Below are positions 1-9,110 of a stretch of DNA of 64,000 nt, in pieces; positions within the stretch are counted from its first letter, which is position 1, and every line of letters begins with the position of its first letter. The stretch comes from an uncultured virus (IMG/VR IMGVR_UViG_3300045004_000209) (taxonomy: Duplodnaviria; Heunggongvirae; Uroviricota; Caudoviricetes), in IMG/VR virus record IMGVR_UViG_3300045004_000209; one strand, written 5' to 3'. The position numbers and the translations under genes are program-made. The notes under the pieces are model-generated. The model made no database searches. It was not told the DNA's origin and saw only the letters and a program-made list of their open reading frames with translations.

Positions 1-143
1 CTGAAGACACTGAAGACACTGAAGACACTGAAGACACTGAAGACACTGAAGACACTGAAGACACTGAAGACACTGAAGACACTGAAGACACCGAAGACAC
101 TGAAGACACTGAAGACACTGAAGACACCGAAGACACTGAAGAC
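1..143 (+). repeat. 9-bp coding tandem repeat (CTGAAGACA)n, about 16 copies, encoding (Glu-Asp-Thr)n
   Basis: Directly visible. Two units read CCGAAGACA (at 91 and 127), a synonymous ACT>ACC change in the frame of the downstream ORF. Array is cut by the window start. Confidence 0.97.
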
Positions 144-1295
144 ATGGATGCAGAAGAGCCTGCCGAGGTTTCACACATGGTTGGAGCCGAAGGCCGTGAT
201 TATTCTGATGGAGAAAAAGAAGAGAAAGAGGCAGTCATGAAAAAGACTGCTCCAAATGAGGCTAGTTCGAAGTCAGACAAATCCTATGAGATTGAGAAGG
301 AGGCTATGGCTCTACGTCGTGGCAGGGTCGTTGGCGTAGGCAAGTTGGAACTTGACATATCCCGCCTTGCATCTGCCCTTACCAAGGAGGCGGGAGAGAA
401 GGCTGTGGAGATAGGTCATGCACAGAAGCAGCCAGAACTTGGCACCGTCATGACTGGCAAGGCTGGTCTGAAGTCGCTAAAGGTCGTTGAGAATGGCGGC
501 AAGCCGCTCAGCAGCGAGCACGGCGACGGCTTCGATGCAGACATGCCCAAGGTTCCCGTTGACGGCCCTAGCTTCAAGGGTGACAAGATCAAGGGTGAGA
601 AGGGCAACATGGCCACAGGCGGCGTTCAGGGATCAGGAAAGTCTGCCTCTAGCAAACTTGATAATCGGAAGGCAGCATTCTCCGACTCCTTGGCCAAACT
701 CGCATCTGAACTTGGTCTCAAGACTGAACTGGTGCAGAACCAGGCAGATCTTGGCGACGTGGGCACCTCTGAGGGTCTTGAGGGCATGGAAGAACTTGAA
801 GTTCCAGAGGGCAACGAGTCTGCAGGTCTGAGCCTGCCTTCCATTCCGGTTGGCGGTCAGAACGGTGCAGAGAAGCAGAATCTCATGACAGGCGGCCAAG
901 TTGGCTCCGGCAAATCCGGTCCAGTTGGCGGCTATGCAAAAAAGAAGGCTGGTGAAGATTCCAGCGAGTTGGCTCTCAAGGTTGCTGGCAAGATGGTGGC
1001 TGCGGGGATGATCTCTGCAGACAATCTTCCTGCAAAAGCCAAGGAGTTGATGGGCTACAAGGTGGCTCAGCTCATGGACCTTGAGAAGGCAATGTTCGCA
1101 GAGGGTGTCGTCGCCAAGGGCCTGAAGACGGCTTCGGCAGGGTCAGAAACGGCTTTTGTGATCCCCGAGCAGAAGAGTGAGCGTAATGCGTATGGAGATC
1201 TCAAGTCCAAGATCGCGTCCATGTTCCGCCTGCAGCAGCAGGTGGAGTTGGCGGATCAGACTGAGAGCAACGTACTGCGTCGGGTCTTCAAGTGA
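3..1295 (+). CDS. 5'-truncated acidic low-complexity protein, probable capsid scaffold or C-terminal part of a prohead protease-scaffold
   Basis: Frame is open from the window edge through the EDT repeat into ORF 144..1295. Charged, G/E/K-rich, helical C-terminus. Lies directly upstream of decoration and major capsid genes. Confidence 0.6.
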   Translation, partial: EDTEDTEDTEDTEDTEDTEDTEDTEDTEDTEDTEDTEDTEDTEDTEDMDAEEPAEVSHMVGAEGRDYSDGEKEEKEAVMKKTAPNEASSKSDKSYEIEKEAMALRRGRVVGVGKLELDISRLASALTKEAGEKAVEIGHAQKQPELGTVMTGKAGLKSLKVVENGGKPLSSEHGDGFDADMPKVPVDGPSFKGDKIKGEKGNMATGGVQGSGKSASSKLDNRKAAFSDSLAKLASELGLKTELVQNQADLGDVGTSEGLEGMEELEVPEGNESAGLSLPSIPVGGQNGAEKQNLMTGGQVGSGKSGPVGGYAKKKAGEDSSELALKVAGKMVAAGMISADNLPAKAKELMGYKVAQLMDLEKAMFAEGVVAKGLKTASAGSETAFVIPEQKSERNAYGDLKSKIASMFRLQQQVELADQTESNVLRRVFK

Positions 1296-1347
1296 AGACC
1301 GACGGTTTGAGAGTATTTTTCACCAAAAAAGGGTAAAGGAACCCAAC

Positions 1348-1932
1348 ATGGCACTGATTCCAGTTCATCACACAATCGCAACCCAGTTTGCCGTCGCTAG
1401 TGGCAGCGGCAACATCACAGAGGGCATGGGTGTGGCACTTGCAGCCGACACCGCAACTGACTTGAGGCCCTATGTCAAGCTGCCCGACACCAACGATGGT
1501 TTCACCATCGGTTTGGCCGGCGACAGCAAACTCTCCAGTTCCAGCGGCAGCGCATACTCTGCGTCTGTTGTTGTCAATGGCTCTGGCAGCACCCGCACCA
1601 CCACCAATCGCGCGAGCGACATGTTCGACGAGACCCTTGCTTCTGGCAAGATCACCGTCTACATGGGCGTGGGTGAGTTCTTGACTGACCAGTATGTAAC
1701 CGCCGATTTTGACGCACATACTGACAATGATGCAGGAAGTGCGCTCTATATTGTTCAGAGCAGCACGAATGCTGGCAAATTCACCAAAATTGCCACAAAC
1801 AACGGTAACAAGGTTGGCTATCTCATCGCTGCACAGAACTCCTATCCAAGTGGCGTTCCTGGCACCGATATTGACGGAGCTACCTCGCTGGGCAATTTCA
1901 TTCGAATTGCCCTGAACATTCAATCCGCCTAA
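1348..1932 (+). CDS. Capsid decoration/cement (minor capsid) protein, 194 aa
   Basis: ATG 1348 follows an AAGGA Shine-Dalgarno. Small-residue, beta-rich sequence (GMGVAL..., IGLAGD..., GKITVYMGVGEFLTDQY). Canonical position between scaffold and MCP. Confidence 0.7.
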   Translation: MALIPVHHTIATQFAVASGSGNITEGMGVALAADTATDLRPYVKLPDTNDGFTIGLAGDSKLSSSSGSAYSASVVVNGSGSTRTTTNRASDMFDETLASGKITVYMGVGEFLTDQYVTADFDAHTDNDAGSALYIVQSSTNAGKFTKIATNNGNKVGYLIAAQNSYPSGVPGTDIDGATSLGNFIRIALNIQSA

Positions 1933-1939
1933 TGAATCT

Positions 1940-1980
1940 TCCGACCTACCACCCTGATGCGTGAATCAGGGGGTGTCGGA
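1940..1980 (+). promoter_or_regulatory. Intergenic stem-loop immediately 5' of the MCP ribosome-binding site
   Basis: TCCGAC(1940-45)/GTCGGA(1975-80) and CCCTGAT(1952-58)/ATCAGGG(1965-71) pair. GAAAGGA SD follows directly. Confidence 0.6.
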
Positions 1981-1995
1981 GAAAGGAAAAACACA

Positions 1996-2865
1996 ATGAG
2001 CATCAACAAAGATGGTTTGACTTACGACGAGAAAGAGGCCGTGATTGCACAGGCCTTGTCGACCGAGGAGGGGCGTGTTGCCCTTGCTCAAGCGATGGTG
2101 GAGCCGATTCGGCGTTCCCTGGAGTACCAGGCCGTCGGTCGCAAGCTCCTGATGGTGGACGAGCTCCCCCAAGGCGCTCTTCCCCGCTACGAGCGCGATG
2201 TTGCCTCCGTGGCCACAATCGTTGCCCGTCAGGGTGCAGTGCCTGATCAGATCACCGAGGGAGAGGAAGTTCTTGTCCCCACCTTCGAGATTGCAGCACA
2301 CCCCACCATCCGTCTGTCCGAGATCAAAGCACGTCGCTTCTACATCGTTGACCGTGCACAGATCAAGGCAAAGGAGGCAATCCAGAAGGAAGAGGATCGC
2401 AACATCTTCAACGCTCTGATTGCTGCTGCTCCAGCAGCTCAGGAGATCACCAATGTGGGCACTTTGGAGACTGCGTCTTTGAACACTGCCTACAAGTATA
2501 TTGAGACCCACGATCTGGTGGCCTCAAAGGTGGTCATGCATCCTGAGTCTTACTCAGCAGTCCGCAGCTTTGGAAAGGACTTCTATGATGAGGCCACCAC
2601 CCGTGAGATCCTCACCACTGGTCTTTACGGTCACCTGTGGACGGCTGACATCCATGTGTCAAGCCAGCTCGATGACACCAAGATTATCGTCACTGCTAGC
2701 CCAGACACCGTTGGCGCATTCCCCATCCGCCAGGACATCACTGTCCTTCCCGCCGATGATCCAAAGAAGCTGCGTCTTGGCTGGGTGATCTATGAGGAGG
2801 TCGGCATCGTGGTCATGAACGACTATGCCGTGTCCGTCATCACCGTGGATCCCACCACCACCTGA
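1996..2865 (+). CDS. Major capsid protein, HK97 fold (compact, encapsulin-like type), 289 aa
   Basis: Motifs AQAMVEPIRRSLEYQAVGRKLLMVDELPQG, PTFEIAAHPTI, AIQKEEDRNIF, VVMHP, GLYGHLWTADIHVS, GWVIYEEVGIVV match the capsid family I recall from large phages such as Bxz1/Myrna-like mycobacteriophages. SD GAAAGGA, strongly biased codons, followed by a terminator. Confidence 0.92.
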   Translation: MSINKDGLTYDEKEAVIAQALSTEEGRVALAQAMVEPIRRSLEYQAVGRKLLMVDELPQGALPRYERDVASVATIVARQGAVPDQITEGEEVLVPTFEIAAHPTIRLSEIKARRFYIVDRAQIKAKEAIQKEEDRNIFNALIAAAPAAQEITNVGTLETASLNTAYKYIETHDLVASKVVMHPESYSAVRSFGKDFYDEATTREILTTGLYGHLWTADIHVSSQLDDTKIIVTASPDTVGAFPIRQDITVLPADDPKKLRLGWVIYEEVGIVVMNDYAVSVITVDPTTT

Positions 2866-2890
2866 TAAGTTTGGGTGAATCTTGAAGCAC

Positions 2891-2926
2891 GACTACCCAC
2901 CCCGAAAGGGGTGGGTAGTTATTTTT
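2891..2926 (+). terminator. Rho-independent terminator after MCP
   Basis: Perfect 12-bp stem ACTACCCACCCC/GGGGTGGGTAGT with GAAA tetraloop, followed by TATTTTT. Confidence 0.92.
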
Positions 2927-3015
2927 CACGATTTTTGATATGAAAGTTGTTTATTTTTTTGTTGTTGAATATGGCAAGTTAATCAAGTAAAATATAAATA
3001 ATTCCTGTTTCCCCA

Positions 3016-3612
3016 TCAACCCTCCTTAAAAGGAGGATCTTCCGGATTAGCGTCAGGCGGATCCGAGTCATGACCGCTGCTAGAAGATGAACTTTGCGGA
3101 AAAACAGAATAGAGCGATATCGCCCACATGTTGTCAAATCTTCCGAGTGTTATTAGCCTAGAGCCTATGATGGCTTCTTTTTCATCTTCTGGAAATCCTT
3201 TATCTACACACAAAATTTTTCCCGATACATCAAGAGATATACTGCCTCCTCCTAGTCTGATCATATTGTTAGAATTTGGGATCTCTGAGTTGTAGACGAT
3301 ATTGTATGAGCAGAAAGATTTATGATTAGTGTCTGCTGCAACCTCAAATTCTACACCTTTCCATATTGTTACATATACATCATCTAGAGTCATATTTGCA
3401 GGACGGTACACCCACAATGCTCTTCCCTGCCCGTAGGTTGATGTTCCTATTCTGAACCCCCCCAAAGATATGTAAGAATATCCGTCAGCTATAGCATCAG
3501 TGCATATTGGCTCAAGTCTACATGTTTTTGAAAATCCGACACTTAATTTTACATTTCCAAATCCGCCAAATATTATATTCTCGTCTGAATATCCTGATTG
3601 ATCAATAGGCAT
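3016..3612 (-). CDS. Hypothetical protein, 198 aa; only credible minus-strand gene in the window
   Basis: Fills an otherwise non-coding gap with no competing + ORF. AT-rich. C-terminal Ser/Pro/Asp-rich tail. Confidence 0.65.
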   Translation of the reverse strand: MPIDQSGYSDENIIFGGFGNVKLSVGFSKTCRLEPICTDAIADGYSYISLGGFRIGTSTYGQGRALWVYRPANMTLDDVYVTIWKGVEFEVAADTNHKSFCSYNIVYNSEIPNSNNMIRLGGGSISLDVSGKILCVDKGFPEDEKEAIIGSRLITLGRFDNMWAISLYSVFPQSSSSSSGHDSDPPDANPEDPPFKEG

Positions 3613-3636
3613 AATTTATTTTCCGATAAATATACC

Positions 3637-4983
3637 ATGATAGTAAGAAATGTCCTTGGCATACCTGTATATGTTCCCGAATGGGATGATCGCATCCCTG
3701 CTGGTGATAGTGGTGATAAATTTGAGATATCATCAGATCGTGTTAGATCAGCGCCATCTCTTCGTTCGGCTGTTGCAAAGGGTTATGTGGTTGTGTTGGA
3801 TCATGACCAAGCCGATGGGATACAGGCAGCATTGGCAAAAATGTCAGCGAAAGCAAAGAAGCCATCTGGTGATGCCATGCTTGATGATGTCGTAATCAGA
3901 GGCCAGTTTTTAGACTATTCAGGATATGGAAAGGTCAATAGAGGTTTGGTCAAAGCACTTACTACAAAAAACATTTCAGTAAGTGTTGACCCAGTAGACC
4001 TTGGGAAACCACAGCTTTTGTACGAAGATGCAAGATGCGGACTGCCCATAAGGCCAAGATGCCAAGGCATGCTTGATATAAATAGTGTGGTACCCACATT
4101 TGGCTCTCCAGGTCCATCTGGCATGAGGGTGCTCTACACTACTATCGAGTCAGAAACTCTGCCTGTTGCTGTTGCAGCTTCTGCAAAGAAATATGAAATG
4201 GTTTGGTGTGTAAGTAGATTCTGCTGTGACACTTTTGGGAAGTATGATATTGACGCGGGAGTTTTGAGTCCACACATTAATAATGACATTTTTTGTGCAA
4301 AAGGAGCAGAATATCAATTCTCATCTCCATTGCCAAGTTTCAAGTTTTTAACTATATTTGGAATTAGCTCTAGAAAGGTTGGCACCAATGTAATTGAGTC
4401 ATTTCTTAAGGAATTTGATCCATCAGATGATGTATGTCTCATCGTGGCGCATAGAGACAAGCGCGGAGAAGAAGCTCAAAAAAAATTCGCAGATGTGGTT
4501 TCTGATTTGGTGTCAAGTTGTGGCAAAAAGCATCCTCCACTCGTGGTCAGAATGTCTAAAAACATTACTGAAGCAGATCTTGCCAAGTTGTACAGGTCTG
4601 TAGATGCATGCGTTCTAGCTGCAAGGGGAGAAGGATTTTGTCTTCCGTATGCAGAAGCAGCCATGTGCGGGATACCTTCAGTTGCTCCAAGGTTTGGTGG
4701 TCAACTTGATTTCCTTGATGATTCTTCAGCATTTTTGGTCGATGTTGACAGGACAACTATTAAAAATGGTACAACTGGTACAATTTTATGGGATGGCACC
4801 GTCATGGCGGATACGGTGAGTGTAGAATTTATTCAAAGACTTGGTGCGTCCATGAGAATATGTTGGTCTACATCCCCTAAAAAGAGAAACTTGATGGCTT
4901 CAAGAGCAGCGTCAAAATTGGCTGACATGTGCTCTGCGGACGCCGTTGTTTCGCAATTCAAAGGCTTGGTAACAAAATTATGA
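3637..4983 (+). CDS. Glycosyltransferase family 4 (GT-B) with extra N-terminal module
   Basis: DYSGYGKVNRGL, YTTIESE, LYRSVDACVLAARGEGFCLPYAEAAMCGIPSVAPRFGGQLDFL (EX7E GT4 signature). ATG 3637 preferred over the TTG at 3598. Confidence 0.88.
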   Translation: MIVRNVLGIPVYVPEWDDRIPAGDSGDKFEISSDRVRSAPSLRSAVAKGYVVVLDHDQADGIQAALAKMSAKAKKPSGDAMLDDVVIRGQFLDYSGYGKVNRGLVKALTTKNISVSVDPVDLGKPQLLYEDARCGLPIRPRCQGMLDINSVVPTFGSPGPSGMRVLYTTIESETLPVAVAASAKKYEMVWCVSRFCCDTFGKYDIDAGVLSPHINNDIFCAKGAEYQFSSPLPSFKFLTIFGISSRKVGTNVIESFLKEFDPSDDVCLIVAHRDKRGEEAQKKFADVVSDLVSSCGKKHPPLVVRMSKNITEADLAKLYRSVDACVLAARGEGFCLPYAEAAMCGIPSVAPRFGGQLDFLDDSSAFLVDVDRTTIKNGTTGTILWDGTVMADTVSVEFIQRLGASMRICWSTSPKKRNLMASRAASKLADMCSADAVVSQFKGLVTKL

Positions 4984-5567
4984 AAGCATTTTACGACAGA
5001 GATTTTGGCAGGGTTGTGTTTATGGGAGAAAAAGTCTATTCTCTCCCAATCGATAGGGTAATGGTTCATCCAGAGTTGATGAACGTGCCTGCCGTAGTTG
5101 ATGGCGGCCTGATTACTCTCAAAGAGTTAGTTCTTGGAACCGTATCTGTCCCGCAGTCTAATCCTGCTATTTCTAGAGTTGTCTCTCTTGATACTCAGGT
5201 GTCGCAAGAAAAAGACTTTATAGCTCCTGCCAAAGATGGATGTTTGATATTGAGCAAGTTGCAGCCTCCTTTAAAGTTTGATGGCAAAATAGACGGAAAA
5301 TCTGCATCATTCATCAAAAAAGAATATGGTGATATTCCTGCTCAGATTCTGTCTCTGATATCTTCGGGTCATCTCGTTAGGTTGTCTGGGCAAGAATTGT
5401 CAGTTATGCGTCAGGCGCACAGTGAGCAATTAAAACTCAAGAAAGAGGCTCAAAAAGCAAGTAGGAAATCTCGAGGCTCCATACGAAGGAAAGATGATGT
5501 TGACACAGGAACAGATGATGATATTTTACCTAGCGGGATCAGAAACGCAGCCGAAATAAGGCTATGA
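4980..5567 (+). CDS. Hypothetical protein
   Basis: ATGA overlap with the upstream stop. Basic then acidic C-terminal tail. Confidence 0.75.
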   Translation: MKAFYDRDFGRVVFMGEKVYSLPIDRVMVHPELMNVPAVVDGGLITLKELVLGTVSVPQSNPAISRVVSLDTQVSQEKDFIAPAKDGCLILSKLQPPLKFDGKIDGKSASFIKKEYGDIPAQILSLISSGHLVRLSGQELSVMRQAHSEQLKLKKEAQKASRKSRGSIRRKDDVDTGTDDDILPSGIRNAAEIRL

Positions 5568-5568
5568 C

Positions 5569-6294
5569 ATGAAAAAAATATGCCTGATTCCATCTCCATC
5601 TGAATGGGGGATACTTGTAACTTCTTCATTGCTTCAAATCATGAAGCGCATCTATGGTGGACAGTGTGAATTCACAATTTCATCCTCAGCTGGATGGGAG
5701 GACGGACTTCAAAAAATTCTTCCCGGTAAGCCATATTTTGCTCATCTGCACACTATTTCTAGGGATCAGTTTGATGAGATTGTGTGCGTTTCTGACTCCG
5801 TGGTTGACTGTCGTCATGCGTTAAGTCTTGGCGCCTATGGCTTGGTTCTTGATGGTGCATCTATAGTGGCAACAGAGGCAAGGTTTTCTCATATACTTTC
5901 TGCATATCTTGAGGGGCAACCTATTCTGTATTCTTTGTCTAAGGCATTTCATATTGATGATGTTGTCCTGCCAAGTTTCCACACCAAGTTTTCTACAAAA
6001 ATGCATGACAGGCAGGGTGTTTCAATCTCCAATGACTCCCTTCGCATGGCTGTAAAGTCAAAATTTTTTGAGACAGGCAGACTTTGGCATGTGCCTGTTC
6101 GCAAGAGTTTAGTGAAGAGAATTGAAGAGAGCAGAACCGTCTCTGCTTTGGTTACAGATGATCCTGTGTGTGCATGGGGCTGTGCTTCGGGTGGTGGAAG
6201 AGCCCTTCTGCTCAGGTCTTCAAGATCTTGTAGCCCTGTTTTTAGTTTTGTAGAAATGGTTGAAGAGGAGATTGTGTCCGATGGTGTTGGGTGA
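5569..6294 (+). CDS. Divergent glycosyltransferase family 9-like (heptosyltransferase fold) protein
   Basis: N-terminus MKKICLIPSPSEWGILVTSSLLQIMKRIY resembles GT9 'KILII...GD....PLL..LK..YP'. C-terminal ALVTDDPVCAWGCASGGGRALLL resembles GT9 'FVGNDSG.MH.AAA.G.P.V.L'. Confidence 0.5.
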   Translation: MKKICLIPSPSEWGILVTSSLLQIMKRIYGGQCEFTISSSAGWEDGLQKILPGKPYFAHLHTISRDQFDEIVCVSDSVVDCRHALSLGAYGLVLDGASIVATEARFSHILSAYLEGQPILYSLSKAFHIDDVVLPSFHTKFSTKMHDRQGVSISNDSLRMAVKSKFFETGRLWHVPVRKSLVKRIEESRTVSALVTDDPVCAWGCASGGGRALLLRSSRSCSPVFSFVEMVEEEIVSDGVG

Positions 6295-7042
6295 TTCCCC
6301 TCCAGATGGAAGACTTAGGATATCACCTAGAGTCAGACAGGTTGTGCTGCCAGCACATGGAGGATTTAGGGTGGAAAGAACTGACTGTTCAGGTCTCAAA
6401 ATCGGAATAGTAGACACGGGTGCTCCCACACATAGAGATATCAAGTTAAACAATCAGAGTAGGCAGGTTAGTATGGTTAATGGCGAAGAGCCATATGACC
6501 GAGATGGTCACGGCACTTCTGTATCGGGCATTTTATCTTCATCTCATGCCTCAGGTATTCCTGGTCTTTGTCATGAAGCCACTTTCTTTCACGCCAAGTG
6601 TGCAAAGTCTGACAGGTCGGGAGATATATCTGCTCTTGTCGGAGGACTTTTGTGGTGCATGGCTTCAAGGTGCGATATTGTGGTTTGCAGCCTAACATCT
6701 TCTGAAGAAGAGCATCTCGCTTCAGAAGTGATTAAAAAATTGCTTGCAAAAGAAATATTGATATTTTCTGCGGTTTCTGATACGCGTTCTTATGCCTTCC
6801 CGTCTTCGGCTTCTGGAGTTATTTCAGTCGCAGTAGGCGAAGTTAAATCCCCATCTGCTGACGGGATCAAGATAACCATGCCTAATTGGACATATGATAC
6901 CATGACCGTTGGAGACAGATTTATGGATTCTATAGGCTCTAGTTTTGCCAATGCTTTTGTTGCTGGTGTTGCTGCAAATATTATTGCTGCTAGTTCCGAT
7001 ATGGATTCAAGAGGCATAGTCAATAAAATGATGGAAATATAA
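6281..7042 (+). CDS. Subtilisin-like serine protease (peptidase S8)
   Basis: Catalytic triad motifs in D-H-S order: KIGIVDTG, DRDGHGTSVSGIL, GSSFANAFVAGVAA. GAGGAG SD before ATG 6281. Confidence 0.88.
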   Translation: MVLGDSPPDGRLRISPRVRQVVLPAHGGFRVERTDCSGLKIGIVDTGAPTHRDIKLNNQSRQVSMVNGEEPYDRDGHGTSVSGILSSSHASGIPGLCHEATFFHAKCAKSDRSGDISALVGGLLWCMASRCDIVVCSLTSSEEEHLASEVIKKLLAKEILIFSAVSDTRSYAFPSSASGVISVAVGEVKSPSADGIKITMPNWTYDTMTVGDRFMDSIGSSFANAFVAGVAANIIAASSDMDSRGIVNKMMEI

Positions 7043-7045
7043 GTC

Positions 7046-7819
7046 ATGCCATCATTTCCGGTGAGATTTATTGCACCAAGACAATCTGTTTTTTACTGTA
7101 TCTGCACATCAGAAGATGGTCTAAAGCTCAATCCATCTTCAGGTATTTTTTCATCTACCATAACGCATGCTTCTGCAGTTATCTCTTTAGAATTGCTTCG
7201 TTTCCCGATGTACGGTGCTTCAATAAAGGCTGACGGAATTAAAAATGACAGGGTAAATGTTTGCATCTATGAAAGGATGGGAGTTTCGCCAGCAGTTGAT
7301 GATCTGCTTTTGTCTCACGAAGAGTTGTTGTGGGATCCAATTCTTGGCGTGGCTCTTCGCGGTGATGATCCTTCGCAGGTTGCTTTGCGAGCCTTTCTAT
7401 CTGAAGAGAGCAGTAGGCTTGACAACTTTTTCATGTCTGGAGCTAGGGTCGGATCTGCATCTGTGTTCTATCCTTTCAATGAAAAAGTTGTATACGCAAA
7501 GGTTTCTGCAGGAGCATCAACTGCACAGGTTAGCAGGGTGTCATTGCGTATGGTAGATGCGGCTCTCAGAACTACTCAAGAACTCAAGCGGGTTTCCTAC
7601 AATCCTCCATACGGATCTTTGAGGTTTAATGAATTGAATGATGCTATGGCGGTGGCAGTAAAATCCGGAATGTATGCCTTGTGTTTTGAAGCTCCCTCTG
7701 GAGCAGTTGTTGGGTTTGGCTCTCCGATGCCGGGTGTTCAGGTTTCTCGGGCAGGTATTCCTGGCCGTATTGAAGTAACATCAACAGGCAGAACCTCGCA
7801 AGACTTGAGGAAATTCTGA
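7046..7819 (+). CDS. Hypothetical protein (possibly virion structural)
   Basis: 257-aa ORF tightly packed between neighbours. No motif recognised. Confidence 0.7.
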   Translation: MPSFPVRFIAPRQSVFYCICTSEDGLKLNPSSGIFSSTITHASAVISLELLRFPMYGASIKADGIKNDRVNVCIYERMGVSPAVDDLLLSHEELLWDPILGVALRGDDPSQVALRAFLSEESSRLDNFFMSGARVGSASVFYPFNEKVVYAKVSAGASTAQVSRVSLRMVDAALRTTQELKRVSYNPPYGSLRFNELNDAMAVAVKSGMYALCFEAPSGAVVGFGSPMPGVQVSRAGIPGRIEVTSTGRTSQDLRKF

Positions 7820-8817
7820 TGGCACTAAGTCAATCGACAGAGTCTCAAGGAACATTTACCCAAGGCACTTCAAACAGTTTGTTTCTGAGATTGACATCTC
7901 TCAATTCTCAGCCTGTCGCAGCCACCGATGTGTCTGTCACTCTGACCAGTCCGTCTGGAGAGGTTGATGTCGATGGAGATGTTGCAATCACCATATCTGA
8001 TGGTTATTATGCATACATATGGTCGGTTGCATCTGATGCAGAAGTGGGTCGATGGGATTTAACCTGGTCATATGATGATGGTGTTGGAATAAACACGATT
8101 ACTCAAGAGGTTGTCATAAATGAGAGGCCCGATCCAGAAAGTGTTTATTTTGGGCAGATTAGGGATCTTATAGTTGCTCTTGAATATCACATAAGACCAA
8201 CCATGAACATACCTGTGTATTTTGAGCAGGGTCGTCCGTCAAAAGACAACGCCACTTTTGCGTTTTCTTTTCCGAGGTGGAATCAGTCAGCAGGCGTCAG
8301 AATCTATAGGAACAACAACATCGTAGACGATGGCTTTTCTACGAATTATTTTCGTGGTACAGTTACTTTTAACACGCCATTTACATCATATGACATTGTG
8401 AATGCCGACTACAATTTCAGATGGTTTTCCGATGATCAACTGTACAGATTTTTGGCGAATGCTCTTGGCAGGTTTAATTTTTACCCGCCTAGAAGCAATT
8501 ACAGTCTTGCTTCAGTGCCATGCGAGATTGTCCCGGCTGTTCTTTACGGCGCTGCAGCAGATGCAATGAGAGAAATTATGCTGTCTTTAACTTTTCAGGA
8601 GCCGCAACTTGTTTTTGGTAGTGCTGAGCGTGCTTCAAATCTTTCGAGCAGCCTAGACACTTTGAAAAAGAATTATGAAGAGAGCGTTAAAGGCTTCTTG
8701 GATGGCAAGAAACTTGGTCCATATCCCAAGACTAGAAATATTGTCACTCCTGAATACGCTCTACCTGGCGGCAGGAGCAGATGGTTCAGATACATATTTA
8801 CAGGTGGTGGTGTATGA
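7819..8817 (+). CDS. Neck/head-tail adaptor-like protein with N-terminal Ig-like domain
   Basis: N-terminal beta-sandwich (DGYYAYIWSVASDAEVGRWDLTWSY). C-terminal helical FSDDQLYRFLANALGRFNFYPP...VLYGAA pattern typical of head-tail adaptors. Confidence 0.6.
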   Translation: MALSQSTESQGTFTQGTSNSLFLRLTSLNSQPVAATDVSVTLTSPSGEVDVDGDVAITISDGYYAYIWSVASDAEVGRWDLTWSYDDGVGINTITQEVVINERPDPESVYFGQIRDLIVALEYHIRPTMNIPVYFEQGRPSKDNATFAFSFPRWNQSAGVRIYRNNNIVDDGFSTNYFRGTVTFNTPFTSYDIVNADYNFRWFSDDQLYRFLANALGRFNFYPPRSNYSLASVPCEIVPAVLYGAAADAMREIMLSLTFQEPQLVFGSAERASNLSSSLDTLKKNYEESVKGFLDGKKLGPYPKTRNIVTPEYALPGGRSRWFRYIFTGGGV

Positions 8818-9110
8818 TCGTAAACAAGAAAGTTTTGCGAGAGTTGCTTGACAAGGTTGCAGGGGATGGTGATTGTTTCTTCTACGCCCTTGCTACTGAA
8901 GAGATGAAGAATTATATCATCAATGGTGATGATCCTGCAGTGAATAGGATGCCCAAAAATTTCAGAAACACTTTGCTTTCAGGGAGGGGTATTGCTCTTG
9001 AAAACGGGTTGTTGGTTAAGTTCGCTGCTGGTGAAGCAGACGCGGATACCACCCATGTGTTGAACATGTGCCATATCATGCTCAACGCTCCCATAAACAT
9101 CCAAGCATGA
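8814..9110 (+). CDS. Hypothetical protein
   Basis: ATGA overlaps at both ends. Confidence 0.65.
   Translation: MIVNKKVLRELLDKVAGDGDCFFYALATEEMKNYIINGDDPAVNRMPKNFRNTLLSGRGIALENGLLVKFAAGEADADTTHVLNMCHIMLNAPINIQA

Noticed and set aside
1..143. CRISPR array or telomere-like repeat
   Set aside because: 9-bp head-to-tail units with no spacers, in frame with a CDS and with synonymous variants.
594..917. True P-loop NTPase domain
   Set aside because: GxxGxGKS matches sit in low-complexity sequence with no Walker B or alpha/beta core.
1996..2865. Bacterial encapsulin operon
   Set aside because: Similar fold and size, but the context (decoration, neck, tube, frameshifting chaperone, tape measure) is a phage morphogenesis cluster.
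2993..3000. T4-type late promoter TATAAATA
   Set aside because: Single occurrence in an AT-rich gap, pointing into an antisense gene, and not seen upstream of other structural genes.
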